The notes beneath the pieces were generated by a model, which was not told the DNA's origin, ran no database searches, and saw only the letters and a program-made list of their open reading frames with translations. From Negaprion brevirostris (lineage: Eukaryota), in the NCBI GenBank assembly GCA_030324005.1, contig JARDVH010000059.1, forward strand, positions 76,044,092-76,108,091: a stretch of DNA of 64,000 bases, in the 5' to 3' direction. The position numbers were made by a program, and so were the translations under genes. Positions 25,854-38,023 of this stretch are shown one piece after another (positions within the stretch are counted from its first letter, which is position 1; every line of letters begins with the position of its first letter).

Positions 25854-25976
25854 CTGAGCCCAACTGTAAGATGAGGCAGAAGCCCATTCCTTTGTATCCA
25901 TTTGTTTTCGTGCTGAATCTATTAGATTGGAGACGTCTACATTTGTTGAAGTAACTTCTGGACCAGACTGCTTTGT
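25854..25976 (-). CDS. EPB41L3: EPB41L3 123-bp cassette exon (U3)
   Basis: ACACAG acceptor, CAG|GTGTCT donor; TKQSGPEVTSTNVDVSNLIDSARKQMDTKEWASASSYSWAQ aligns with mammalian TKQSSGE...SLLESARK...SQSWVQ (41 aa). Confidence 0.92.
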
Positions 25977-26489
25977 CTGTGTAGACACAGAAAGTCAACA
26001 TATAAAAGCTAACTGACATACGTGATTACGTAAACAGCAGACAGATAAAAGTCTATTCAGATATAAAAGGTTGAAGAAGTTAGGAGAGATTAATTAGGAT
26101 GTATGGAAAAAGCAAAAGGAGGGAATAAGTGTAGAGAAACATACAAAGGATAACAGGTTAAAGCTGAGGAACACCACATTTCAGAGGCTTTGCTCGATTG
26201 AAAAGATGTGCAACATAATCGTGAATAAAGTTAGAAGGTGATGGGGCAAACTGCTGAAATGCAATGAGGTGCAGCCTGAATAAGCTTAAAATTTTAAGGG
26301 AAGAATGCCTAATTTAACCAAACGGTGATGTCAAAAATAAAATGGCAAAACTATCCTAGAGAACCGCTGGCTGGGCGCAAGCAAATAGCAGGTGAACGTA
26401 ATCGCGGCTTTAGCTGTGTAAGCATACCAAAGCCATGTTGCCTGAAAGTCATGCGGATCTTTAGATTGAGTGGTGGGGGCAACAGTTAC

Positions 26490-26732
26490 CAATAATCTTG
26501 ATCCCGTTGACTCAGTAAAGTAGTGTGCTGTAGCAATAGTAAACATTGGCTCTTCACCAGTCTTCCATTTGGTCATTGAGGTCTCATACTTCTGCACTGG
26601 GGTTGGGCCCATATAAGAGCTTTCAATTCCTCCTGCAGTCTCTTTAGCTGTCAGGCTACCTTCAGTTTCACCTCTTTTTGTTTCCCCCTTCTTTGAAATG
26701 ACAGTTGCTTCCAATGTAGACAGCACAATTTT
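26490..26732 (-). CDS. EPB41L3: Probable EPB41L3 243-bp cassette exon (U3)
   Basis: AAACAG acceptor, TTG|GTAACT donor, phase 0-0, 81 aa KIVLSTLEAT...WKTGEEPMFTIATAHYFTESTGSRLL; E/T/K-rich like the neighbouring U3 exons. Confidence 0.75.
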
Positions 26733-27329
26733 CTGTTTGATAATTTGACAGATGACAAAATCTACCAATCGTTGATCAGATCAATACATTTCATCTTCAA
26801 CTTTACTTTCTCCACTGACTGGTGTCAAGCATTGCATTATAACGTTAGCATTTCTTTTCTACTGTTGCCTATATTGAAGTTCCTTTCTCACCATTCCCCT
26901 CCCCCTTTCCCTCCTTCCCTCCATGTTGTTTTTGAAATTTGTGGTCTATAACTTTTTCAGAATGGCAATCTCCAGTGGATTGCAACTCTGGATGGACTTA
27001 ATTATATTGAAATTGCACAGCTCGTCTTGCCCAACCTTCCTCACTCCGGCCAGGTGTGAAAGGAGCAGCGAAGCGCACCCCCGGCTGCATCATCACAGTG
27101 TTAACTGGGGAATATAGAAGGAAGGCATGCTCCCTTTTGACGACATAGGGACAATTTAAAGGGGGAAGGTAGCTGGTGGCTCAGACATTGACGGGGAAGA
27201 CACGGTTTTTGGAAGCGGCAGGGTTAGGTTTTGGATTGGGTGGAGATATGGGCTTGATTGGGATGAAGGGTTGAGGGTTCCTGGGTGTGGTCAGGGGTGG
27301 TATGCAGAATGCCCCGAGGGATGGGGGAA

Positions 27330-27703
27330 GAATCAGAACCCTATAATGCAGAAAGAGGCCCTTCAGCCCATCAGGTCTACACCGAACACAATTCCACCCA
27401 GGGGCCTACCCCCATATCCCTACATATTATACCCACTAATCCCTCTACCCTACGCATCCCTGGATACTAAGGGGCAATTTCTTAGCATGGCCAATCAACC
27501 TAACCCGCACATCTTTGGACTGTGGNNNNNNNNNNNNNNNNNNNNNNNNNNNNNNNNNNNNNNNNNNNNNNNNNNNNNNNNNNNNNNNNNNNNNNNNNNN
27601 NNNNNNNNNNNNNNNNNNNNNNNNNACAGTGACCCGAGCTGGGAATCGAACCCAGGACCCTGGAACTGTGAAGCAGCAGTGCTAACCACTGTGCTACCGT
27701 GCT
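27330..27703 (-). mobile_element. HE1-like V-SINE, tail type A (gap inside)
   Basis: Highly similar to 17685-18003; sits inside a larger GC-richer repeat-like block (about 27000-28030). Confidence 0.85.
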
Positions 27704-28949
27704 GGGGGGTGCAGGCGGGCAGTAATGGGTGGGCAGGGTGTCCCGTGCAAAGTTGGGTCTGGGTTTTTGAAGTACCTACTCTGGAGTTGGAATTGATTTT
27801 TTTCCTTCCAGAGCAACTATCGGGTAAAATTGGCAGAATCGCCTAGTGTTATTGATTCAAATCACTGCTGTCGGATAGTTCCCAGCCCAGCACAATTGTC
27901 CAGAGGAAGTCAGCACTTCTGGGCAATTGCTGGGGAAACCCTCACGTGGGAACTTCTGTAGGGACTCCCCAGTGCACCATTAGGATATCCCCCAAAAGTG
28001 TCACTGGAAAACCAGGAAGATATTGGCCTGTGTCTCATAAGATGCCATCAGTCATCTGGAGTGGGTTGAGAAGTAAATTGCCCTTTACTCATCAACTCTA
28101 ACTCTCCACATTAGATTATAAGCTTCAAGTGGATGTTGATTGTCAAGGCAAATTTTTGACCTTATATGGGCAGTAATCTGGCAGAGTGGGTCACCTATCT
28201 ATTAAAAAACTGATTTTCATTGATGAATGGATCGGAAGTTGGTGCGCTCCATAACAGGCAGGTTACTGTTCACATGGCAAAGTCAAAAATTTATTACAGC
28301 TGTCTCTAGAGAAATATAACCTTCAGCAGATAGCCCTTCTACAAATATCTTAGTCTCTAATGTTTTAAACAGGATTTTAAATTTGTGTAGTGAAATGCTT
28401 TTATAGAGCAACTACATTCATTCTCAGATATATGCCAACATTATACTTAACACTGAATAGGTATCATTTTAACCACCTGTTGTGTTATAGTTAAAAGGGC
28501 ACCTATGTTTTCATCTGCTTCAAAAGGGGAAGGTACAGTCGCTATGCATGACTCAATTTCAGAACTAAGCAGGTTGTAAACTCTTAGGTAAATAAACAAT
28601 TCCATCACTCACATTCAAATAAATACTTGAACAGAAATATAACATTTTAAATGCTAAACATTTAGCTTAGGGATCATAGCTTATGATATGTCAGTATTAC
28701 AACCTGAAATTCTATCCTTTGTTGGTAAGTTTAAATAGACTATGTACAAGATCATGGAGTTACTGCAGATGTGTGCTTAATATCCAAGTACATACAATAC
28801 ATCAGGATTGAGAAACAAGAACCCTGAGCACTCTGTGGAAGTATTTGCTAAAATAGTCTTAACCAAAGTTAAAGTGATGTTCCTGTATAACAACTGTGGT
28901 TTATGATTCTCTTTGCACCCTTTGACATATTCAACTACACCTAGCCTCT

Positions 28950-29685
28950 TCAAAAGTCTCTACTTCATTGTCTAGTTCATGTGAGGCTGCCATCATCCGG
29001 TTTCAGGCTTAGCATGCTGAATGTTGGAAAGGTTAAACTCAATACTTTCAGCTCCACTACAAAATTGGTGCACAAACTTCATTCCCATCTCATTCTCAAG
29101 TTGAAGCAGACTCACCACCTCAACATTCTACTTGATCCCAATGTCAGATCCTCTCCATCAAGAAGAGATTGCCTACTTCCACCTCCATAATAATACCCAT
29201 CTCTCAACCTTACCTCTGCCCTTGAGTTGAAATCTTCATCCTTGCCTTTGTCATTTCTAGAATCAGCTATTCCAATGCTCTCCTGGCCAGCCTCCCATTC
29301 CACAACCTCTAAACTTCAGCTCATCCAAAAATCTGCTGCATTTATTCCACCTGTAACCAGGTCTCACTCACCCTTCAACCCCTGCCACTTCAGCTCTGTT
29401 CCTCAATGTCTTCATTTAAAACAAATTTTCCGTGTGTTTAAATCCATAGATGGCTTTACCCTCCCAAGTCTATAACCGCCCCATCAATACAACATTTCTC
29501 AAATTCTCCATCTTTGGCCAGTTTTGCATTTCCCTCTCTTCTTCACCAGTGACCATGAATTCAGCTGCCTCGACACTACTTCCGGAAGTCCTTTCCTGAA
29601 TCCTTCTGCCTCTCCACTTCCTTCTTATTCTTTATAACCTTCTTTAAACCCATGCTACCACCTCCTTAGGCACCTCATCCATTTT
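28950..29685 (+). mobile_element. Degenerate L2 LINE ORF2 3' part
   Basis: Remnants YSNALLASLP and KLQLIQKSAA, typical of the L2 RT C-terminus. Confidence 0.7.
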
Positions 29686-29689
29686 TGGA

Positions 29690-29816
29690 TAAAAGCAAAT
29701 TACTGTGGATGCTGGAATCTGAAACCAAGAGAAAATTCTGGAAAATCAACTAGCAAATGCCAGCTCTTTTCTCTCCTTACAGATGATGCCTGCTGAGATT
29801 TTCCAGCATTTTCTCT
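29690..29816. mobile_element. Palindromic Penelope-like remnant
   Basis: GAGAAAATTCTGGAAAATC ... GATTTTCCAGCATTTTCTC inverted arms. Confidence 0.55.
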
Positions 29817-30391
29817 CATTCATTTTTTGATTGTGGCGCTACAGACTGCACTGGAACCTTCTACAATGCTAAAAATGTTGTACTGATGCACGTTGTTGTT
29901 TTGTTATTTCACATGTGAGGAAATTTGCATTATACATCATTGTGACGATACTGTGCCTTTAAGAACTGTATTTGTCATTTTTTTGTGCAACATCTATCCT
30001 ATGCACTCAGCAGTTCTTTCTATATTCCAGCATCCTCTATTTTTACTGCAACGGTATAATTGTTTGTTTTAATTTGAACTAATTCAGTGTTCTGATGGTT
30101 TTGGTATTCTCTGGGATTGCAGAATGGGCTTGATTGATACATTAAGTTGTGTGACTAGGTACAGGTAGAATTACACAGAACTCAAGCCCAATTGCTTTTT
30201 GAGAGAAGTGTCTCTCTTTTCTCCTCTCTAAAGTTGGGGACTGGAATCTGCTAGGAGATCAATATCGTTCTNNNNNNNNNNNNNNNNNNNNNNNNNNNNN
30301 NNNNNNNNNNNNNNNNNNNNNNNNNNNNNNNNNNNNNNNNNNNNNNNNNNNNAGACTGGGAGCTGCCAAAGACTAGGTTTACTTCTCTGAA

Positions 30392-31300
30392 CAAAGAAAC
30401 TTACAGCACAGGAACAGGCCCTTTGGCCCTCCAAGCCTGCAGTGACCATGCTGTCTGACTGAACTAAAACCTCCTACCCTTCAGGGGACCATATCCCTCT
30501 GTTCCCATCCTATTCATGTATTTGTCCAGATGCCCCATAAAACTCACTATTGTATCTGCTTCTACTACTTCCCCGGCAGTGTGTTCCAGGCATCCACCAC
30601 CGTCTGTGTAAAAAACTTGCCTCGTACATCTCCTTTAAACCTATGCCCACTAGTAATTGACTCTTCCAACCTGGGAGAAAGCTTCTGACTATCCACTCTG
30701 CCCATGCCCTCATAGTCTTATAAGCTTCTATCAGGTTGCCTCTCAACCTCTGTCACTCCAGTGAAAAAAAGCAAATTTCTCCCATCTCTCCTTATAGCTA
30801 ATACCCGCCACAGCAGACAACATCCTGGTAAATCTTTTCTGTACCCTCTCCAAGCCTCCACATCTTTCTGGTAGTGCGGCAATCAGAATTGCAACCTAAC
30901 TAAAGGTCTATAAAGCTGCAACATAACTTCTGATTTTTAAACTCAATGCCCCGGCTAATGAAGGTAAGCACGCTGTATGCCTTCTTGACTACTTTTCCCA
31001 CCTACTTTGCCACTTTCAGTGACCTGAACACCCAGTTCCCTTTGCCTATCAATACCCTTAAGGGTTCTGCCATTTACTGTATATTTCTTATTTGTATTAG
31101 ATCTTCCAAAATGCATTACATCACACTTGTCTGGATTACACTCCATCTGCCATCTCTCAGCCCAAGCCTCCAACCGACCTATATCCTGCTGTATCCTCTC
31201 CTCTGATGGCCCTCATTGCTATCCACAAATCCACGAACCTTTGAGTCATCCACCAACTTACTAATCTAACCAATTACATTTTCCTCCAAATCATTTATAT
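30392..31300 (-). mobile_element. CR1 LINE 3' ~0.9 kb, decayed
   Basis: WAERWQMECNPDKCDVMHFGRSN and RGNLIEAYKTMR remnants plus 3' tail. Confidence 0.9.
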
Positions 31301-31304
31301 ATGT

Positions 31305-31738
31305 ACTGAGTTTTTTTTTGGATGTTTTGAGGATACATCCTTCTCTGAAAACTGCTATCTGGATCTCTGTCCAGAAGTGTTAAAAATGTGGAAATTTAGA
31401 ATCATGTAAGCATCTTTGGTTTCTGTGCTAATTGGTTCTATTGAAGAGATTTGTGTCTATGGGGTATTGCTTTAACTTGCAACCACAGGGATATTTAGCT
31501 GTTAAGGATTATTCTTACTATGTCTAAGCATTTTGATTGGTAAAAATTATGCTAATTCTTTTTGTTATATTCTAACTGTGGTCTTAAAGCAAGTTTCTTT
31601 GATAAAAACTTCATAGTGGGTCAACTGAATCACATCTGGACAGAAGCACCTTATGCTCATCTTAATGCCAAAATCAAATGCAAAAGTTGAGGTCTAGGCT
31701 AACTGCATAACATGCCTTGGAGTTTCTGATCCTTAACA
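31305..31738 (+). mobile_element. Possible LTR 3' portion (5' portion may start at TGTGAC 29941, split by the CR1)
   Basis: Ends in TAACA and is T-rich in an LTR-like way; no TSD found. Confidence 0.3.
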
Positions 31739-32106
31739 CCACTGAAAATAACATCATTGCTAGCCACTGGTGATGCTGCATTAGCCTAAAACGTCATTTA
31801 AACTCTCAATTTTTTCAAATGAATCAACTTTCTTTTCTGATCAACGGACAGCCCAAGTAAAAGCCATTTACAGGTTTAACAACATTTCACATTTGATTGA
31901 TTGAGTCCAGTTGTAATGTTTTATCTTTGCTATCTAACAAAAGATAGATCAAAAGAAACTTAAATCCAACTTGGCTTTCAATTCGAGAGAATTACCCTTG
32001 ATTTCTTAGTGGAGATTACAACATTCATTGAAAATTCATATATAAATAAATGTCAATAACCCAAATATCAATATGTACAAATGAATTTTAAAGAAAAACA
32101 ATCAAC

Positions 32107-32211
32107 CTCTGGTGGAGATGAGACTGTTTTGCTGACCACAACTTCTTCAGACACCATGGTGCTTTGATCAATGATTGGCTCCTTGTCCTGCACCACCTTC
32201 TCTTCTCCAGC
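32107..32211 (-). CDS. EPB41L3: Probable EPB41L3 105-bp cassette exon B (U3)
   Basis: TTTTATTCCAATTAG acceptor, GAG|GTTGAT donor, phase 0-0, open: AGEEKVVQDKEPIIDQSTMVSEEVVVSKTVSSPPE. Confidence 0.7.
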
Positions 32212-32514
32212 CTAATTGGAATAAAAACATTAGTGCTAATTAACAAGACAATTATACAATATTCAAATTTTGGTGAAGGCTCCAGACATGCAACAGTTAT
32301 GAAAAGCAGGTAAGGGTTACATTCCAGGTGCAGGACTTTACCTGCCAGAAGTTCATACTTGGAAATTGTAGGTGCGCTTGGCAAAATTATTTCATTCATA
32401 GATGGAAAATTGTAGGGAATATTCTTACAATGCCCAGACTGCAAACTGGTTTGTGAAGCTCCACACTGGGAGCATGCATTCAGCAAATGTGTGTTAACGT
32501 AAACAGGCTACATG

Positions 32515-33205
32515 AGGAAAACATAGTGGAGGACGCACCCCTGTCTACATCAATGGTAATGAAGTGGGAATGGATGCAAGCTTCAAGTTCCTAGGTAATC
32601 AGATCACCAACAACCTGTCCAGGTCACATCACACTGATGCTACAGTTAATAAAGCTCACCAACGCCTCTACTTTCTCAGGAGGCTAAGGAAATTCGACAC
32701 ATCTGTTACGACTCTCACCGATTTTTACAGATGCACCATAGAAAACAACCTTTCTGGATTTATCACAGCTTAACATGGCTCCTGATCTGACCAAGACAGC
32801 AAAGAACTACAAAGGTTTGTGAGCATAGCCCAGTCCATCATGCAAACCATCCTCCCTCTATTAAGTCCATCAACAATCGAAAAAGCAGTCTGCATAATCA
32901 AGGACCCCACGCACCCTGGACATACTCTCTTCCACCTTCTTCCATCGGGAAAAAGATACAAAAACCTGTACCAACCGACACAAGAACAGCTTCTTCCCTG
33001 CTACCAGACTTTTGACTGGATCTACCATGTATTAAGCTGATCTTTCTCTACACCCTATCTGTAATTGCAACACTATCTTCTGCACCCTCCACTTTCCTTC
33101 CCCCCACCTACGCTATGAACAGTATGTTTTTTTCTGAATAGTGCACAAGAAACAATACTTTTCACTGCATCCCATTACATGGGATAATAAGAAGTCAAAT
33201 CAAAC
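32515..33205 (+). mobile_element. Rex1/Babar-type LINE 3' fragment
   Basis: FKFLGNQITNNLS...KAHQRLYFLRRLRKF...FYRCTIE...IIKDPTHPGHTLFHLLPSGKRYK. Confidence 0.9.
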
Positions 33206-34524
33206 AACAGCTACGTTCANNNNNNNNNNNNNNNNNNNNNNNNNNNNNNNNNNNNNNNNNNNNNNNNNNNNNNNNNNNNNNNNNNNNNNNNNNNNNNNNN
33301 NNNNNNNNNNNNNNNNNNNNNNNNNNNNNNNNNNNNNNNNNNNNNNNNNNNNNNNNNNNNNNNNNNNNNNNNNNNNNNNNNNNNNNNNNNNNNNNNNNNN
33401 NNNNNNNNNNNNNNNNNNNNNNNNNNNNNNNNNNNNNNNNNNNNNNNNNNNNNNNNNNNNNNNNNNNNNNNNNNNNNNNNNNNNNNNNNNNNNNNNNNNN
33501 NNNNNNNNNNNNNNNNNNNNNNNNNNNNNNNNNNNNNNNNNNNNNNNNNNNNNNNNNCAAATGATACAGATGGGCCGTTTTCAGAACGGGCTTAGGGAGC
33601 TGTGGCTTCTTACTCAAAACTGCAGAATTTGAGGGGTAAGCTTGGAAATAGTGAACAGCTTTACTTCCACTCAAGTGGTAGGTTATCTAAGCGAGCTAGA
33701 GTGTGTGGAGATTGAGGGAGGGCAGTGGTACTAGTTAAAAAAAAGCATAGAAAATGCCAGAAAATCCTCTCAACAGGTTGGCAGAGCAAGCAATTAGTTT
33801 GGCTTCATTTTGGACCTTCAAAAGGGAGCTGGATGAGTTCTTCTGACTGAAAGATATCTTATAGAAGGTGTGGGGGTCAGCTGGCACAAGTGAATCAGAT
33901 CATTGTAGTCTCCCAGAATTTGCTCACATCATCTTCTGGGCTCTGTTTTCTTCTTAAAGTAACCAAAATAACTGCTAGAATGGTTTGGGTAAGTGAAGAA
34001 GTCTTTGTAGTCATATGTTAACTGTAAATCTTCATTGGCTCTTAGAACTATTTACATGCATACAGTAAAGGGTATGAGCTGTCGCTATGCTTGCTGGTAC
34101 ACGCAACTCTGTCCTAACTCAACTAGCACTGGGGGCAATTCAAGTGCTTGCTTACATCACTGTGTGGGTAGCACTGTACTCAGTCCCACATTAACCCTGT
34201 CATGTGGCAGACTTTATACTATAGGAATGCTGTAATATGTTTTTTCTCCCCCCTCCTTATGATTACGTGGCAGGAAAGAAAGCAGGGAATGGGACTACTA
34301 ATACATCCTACATGCACTAAATCATTCACAAGGACCAAATGGTTTTCCAACCGGTGATTCTGTGTCTCATTTTATATGTTTCTGCATTTAGATGAATGTT
34401 CACTACATTCATATTAAATTTCTCTGTCCACTATTTTAATGGGGTCATGAATGCATTATTTTAAATAGATTCATGGCTACATTAAAATAATGCATAGATA
34501 TATGATATAGTAATTTATAAAAAT

Positions 34525-34910
34525 TCATTTGTGGGATTTGGGCATCACTAGCTGGCCAGCATTTATTGCCCATCCATAGTTGCCCTTGAAAGTTGATGGT
34601 GAGCTGCCTTCTTGAAGTGCTGCCATTTCAGAGGGCAGTTGAGAGTCAACCACATTGCTGATACATGTAGGCTGGACCACAGAAGGATGGCAGACTTTCT
34701 TCCTGAAAGGACATAAGCGAACCAGATGTTGTTTTCCAACAATCAACAATGGTTTCATGGTCATCAGCAGATTCTTAATTCCAGATTTTTAAAAAATCAA
34801 ATTGAAGCTCCACCAGCTGCTGTGGCAAGCTTCGAACTCAGGTCCCCAGAAGATTAGCTGACTTTCTGGATTAATAGTCCAGCAATATTATCATTAAGCT
34901 ATCACCACCC
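34525..34910 (-). mobile_element. Second tRNA-headed SINE-like retroposon family
   Basis: Minus-strand head ...CTGGACTATTAATCCAGA...GGGGACCTGAGTTCGAAG...CAGCTGGTGGA and tail GGGCAATAAATGCTGGCCAG...GATGCCCAAATCCC; related pieces at 18005-18085, 16080-16285 and 61880-62160. Confidence 0.65.
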
Positions 34911-35094
34911 CTCACAAAAATCAACATTATTTTCCAGGCATAGGTTTCAAGCTCTGTATCTTGATTTGGTCATTTTTCGTTTCGATATCATTGTTGTCCC
35001 TGAAAACAATATGACTTTCAGAAAAAGGACTTAAGGCAGATTACAAATTCACTGGATTAACTGGATCAACTGGATCCTCATAGAATTCTGACAA

Positions 35095-35208
35095 ATTTGT
35101 TGGAATTCTATGAGGATGTGACTACTGCGGTAGACAGAGGGGAACCGGTGGATGTAGTGTTTCTCGATTTTCAAAAGGCGTTTGATAAGGTCCCGCACAA
35201 AAGGTTGC
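35095..35208 (+). mobile_element. CR1 RT fragment
   Basis: LEFYEDVTTAVDRGEPVDVVFLDFQKAFDKVPHKRL; runs into a gap. Confidence 0.92.
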
Positions 35209-35308
35209 NNNNNNNNNNNNNNNNNNNNNNNNNNNNNNNNNNNNNNNNNNNNNNNNNNNNNNNNNNNNNNNNNNNNNNNNNNNNNNNNNNNNNNNNNNNN
35301 NNNNNNNN

Positions 35309-36915
35309 AGTTGAACTGCCATTTGGTTTTTTGTATATCAGCTACTGGTTGTTACACCCAAATATTGTACTCCTACGGGGTGCACCCAAAACACACCCTT
35401 CTCACATTCCCTCGCATTAGGTGGGGTAAACCATAAATAACCGGGATACTATAAGTTCACCTTGCTTGGAGTGTCCTGTGGGCTTATCTCAATGATGAGT
35501 CCGATGAGGTAGATTGTAGGTTGCACCTCTGTTGTCGTCCGTCATTGTCCTGAGGAGATCAATGTAATTTCTGCTGTTATCACATCCAATATTTGATGTA
35601 TATAAATATATTTAAACTCTCCATGTCCCCCTTTTTTTGTTTGAACACTATTGACAGTGGTGTGGTCAGGAGGACCCGGGTATATCAGTTGACATCTGCG
35701 TGTTGTAGTTTTTAAAAATTCTAATTGTGAAGCACTATGGAGCAAATTTTGGCTCAGATCGATAAATAGACGAGTTGTGGAGCGATCAGAAAAGAGCATG
35801 TTTAACTGGCCAGCAAAATCAAGGCGGCCAGTTTTAGTCCAACAGCAGTCACTATTTACCATAGGGATTTGAATAGCACTGGAATCGATCTGTAATGGCC
35901 TGAAGAGGTGTCCATTCTACAAGTGTCTTGGAATTTGAAGGCGGGCCGCATGTAAAATTTAGCCTCTAAGAGTTGAAAATGTAACCCAGTCACCTTGATG
36001 ATTTTCAAATTTAGCACAGTTGCTTCAATGATGTTAAAATTTAGCACAGCTGCCTCAATGACGTTAAAATTTAGCACAGTCGCCTCAATGATGATAAAAT
36101 TTGGCATAGCTGCCTCAGTGATGTTAAAATTTAACATAGTTGCCCAAAAATTTGCATAGTTGCCTTAATGATGTCCCATATTGTGTTGTTTTGCTGCACT
36201 GTCTTTCTAATGATCCCTTTTAGCGTTCGGTTCATGTGCTCTGCGATTCCACTGGATTGTGGATGATAGGCAATATGGAATTTCTGTTTGATGCCAAACA
36301 TAGCCATAACGTTCTATATCACCCGCCCGGTGAAATGTGTCCCTTGGTTGGACTCTGTGCTGTGGGGAAGACCTCATTGTGTAAATATCTGCTGGGCTAA
36401 TATCTTTGCGGTGGCCTTAGCTGTTTTGGACCTAGTGGGCAATGCCTCGACCCATTTGCTGAAAGTGTCTATTATTACCAAGACGTATTTAAATCCATTA
36501 CCAAGACGTATTTAAATCCATAGTAAGCTGATATAATCAATTTGGAGATTTGTTCAGGGGCCTTCTAATGGGCATGTGTGCCTTAACTCTGCTTTTCTGG
36601 CATACCTGTTGGAATTCTGGGCACAAAGTAAACAATTGTCGATACAATGGGGAGTTTGGGCTACCAACATAATTCTCCTACCCGCTCAATTGTTGTCTCT
36701 ATGTCCTGATGGCTATGTTCGTCATAGTACTGGTAGATGAGCTGATTTCTGTCCTGGGTAGGGACTACGTACATGCCTGCCTTTAATATCAAACCATCTT
36801 GAATTTGTATTTTGTCTTTCCATTTCTCATATAGGGCTGGGTAGACTCCTTCTAAGATTTGTTTTAGGGAACTGTCAATGCGCTGCACCTGAACCAGGTC
36901 AGCTATATTAGTTTA
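35309..36915 (-). mobile_element. Decayed retrovirus-like/LTR element: integrase pseudogene, post-IN region, PPT and 3' LTR
   Basis: Zn-finger region (HSHQDIETT..LCW*P..CLLCAQN), core (LQIDYI..NGFKYVLVIIDTFSKWVEALPT..GLP..NQGTHFTG..AYHPQSSGIAEHMNRTLK) with stops and frameshifts; AAAAAAAGGGGGA at 35626-35638, then TG at 35623. Confidence 0.85.
35971..36172 (-). repeat. 30-bp tandem repeat (about 6.5 copies) inside the LTR element
   Basis: Plus-strand unit ATGTTAAAATTTAGCACAGCTGCCTCAATG at 30-bp period; reads IIEAAVLNFN-type repeats on the minus strand. Confidence 0.92.
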
Positions 36916-36916
36916 G

Positions 36917-37088
36917 TTAAGTCACGGGTGGATAGATTTCTGATAGACAAAGGAATTAAGGGTTATGGGGAGAAAGCGGGGAAATGGAACTGATTCACTT
37001 CAGATCAGCCATGATCTTACTGAATGGCAGGGCAGGCTTGAAGGGCTAGATGGCCTACTCCTGCTCCTATTTCTTATGTTCTTATGTT
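36917..37088 (+). mobile_element. CR1 3' tail
   Basis: Closely similar to 2588-2759. Confidence 0.88.
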
Positions 37089-38023
37089 AAGCAAAAATTC
37101 TTGAACTGTGAAATGCATCAAAACAAATGCTTCACATCAGTTTTTCTTTCAAAGGAGATGTTAGCGCATGTAAAGTTTGCCAGATGAATAATGCGATTTC
37201 TTTAGCCTTGATGATGTTGAATACTGGATACTATAAGCTTTTCTGGTTTAAAGACTTCTATGCAAATGTTATATCTAACTTACATCAATATGTTTGCAAA
37301 AATGAACTGAATGAACCTCTTAATAAGAACAAAATTTTTATTAATTGTTTAAAAGGAACTAGACATGGAAAGCCATAAAAGGAAAGCAACTTGCATTGTA
37401 GAAAACTGTTTTGAAAGCTGCGCACCAAAAACAGTCCATTTTCAGCATCGCTGCAGACACTCTCTGACCAGCAGTGTTTTTGATGTTTTTCTATTATCGT
37501 ACTGTTCAATTAATTATGAAAAAAGGCACAGAGTTCATAAATGCCTTGTGGTGTACAAGCATATTTCAATATCAAGTAAAATTGCACTGAATGAATGCAA
37601 TGTCAACATTTTCAGTGATAATGTTCAAGCCAGCTTAACCTGCAATTTATAATTCCATGCATCTAACTTTGAAAGTATTCTCATGTGACAACTCAAACAG
37701 CACACATTTGAGAATTGCATGCTTTGCAACTAATTTGGTCCTCACAGACTGATTTTTGACTAACTTGTCAGGAATGCTTAATTCAGTCACAACAATCCAC
37801 ATCTAACAAAATGTTAAAGACACTGAAATTGTCATACAATGTAAAAAAAACTGGAGATACACTAACAATACAGCAGCGTATCAAATATAAGGGACAGAAT
37901 GTCGAGCAGTGAATCCTGATTCACATTCCATGAGATTTTCATGGTCTGNNNNNTATGTAACATGAGATGCACAAAGAACAATAACAGTTACACACAATGG
38001 CAAAAATATATCAAGTTTAATAC

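Noticed and set aside
36474-36521. 23-bp tandem duplication within the integrase
   Set aside because: Ordinary post-insertion slippage that frameshifts a dead element.
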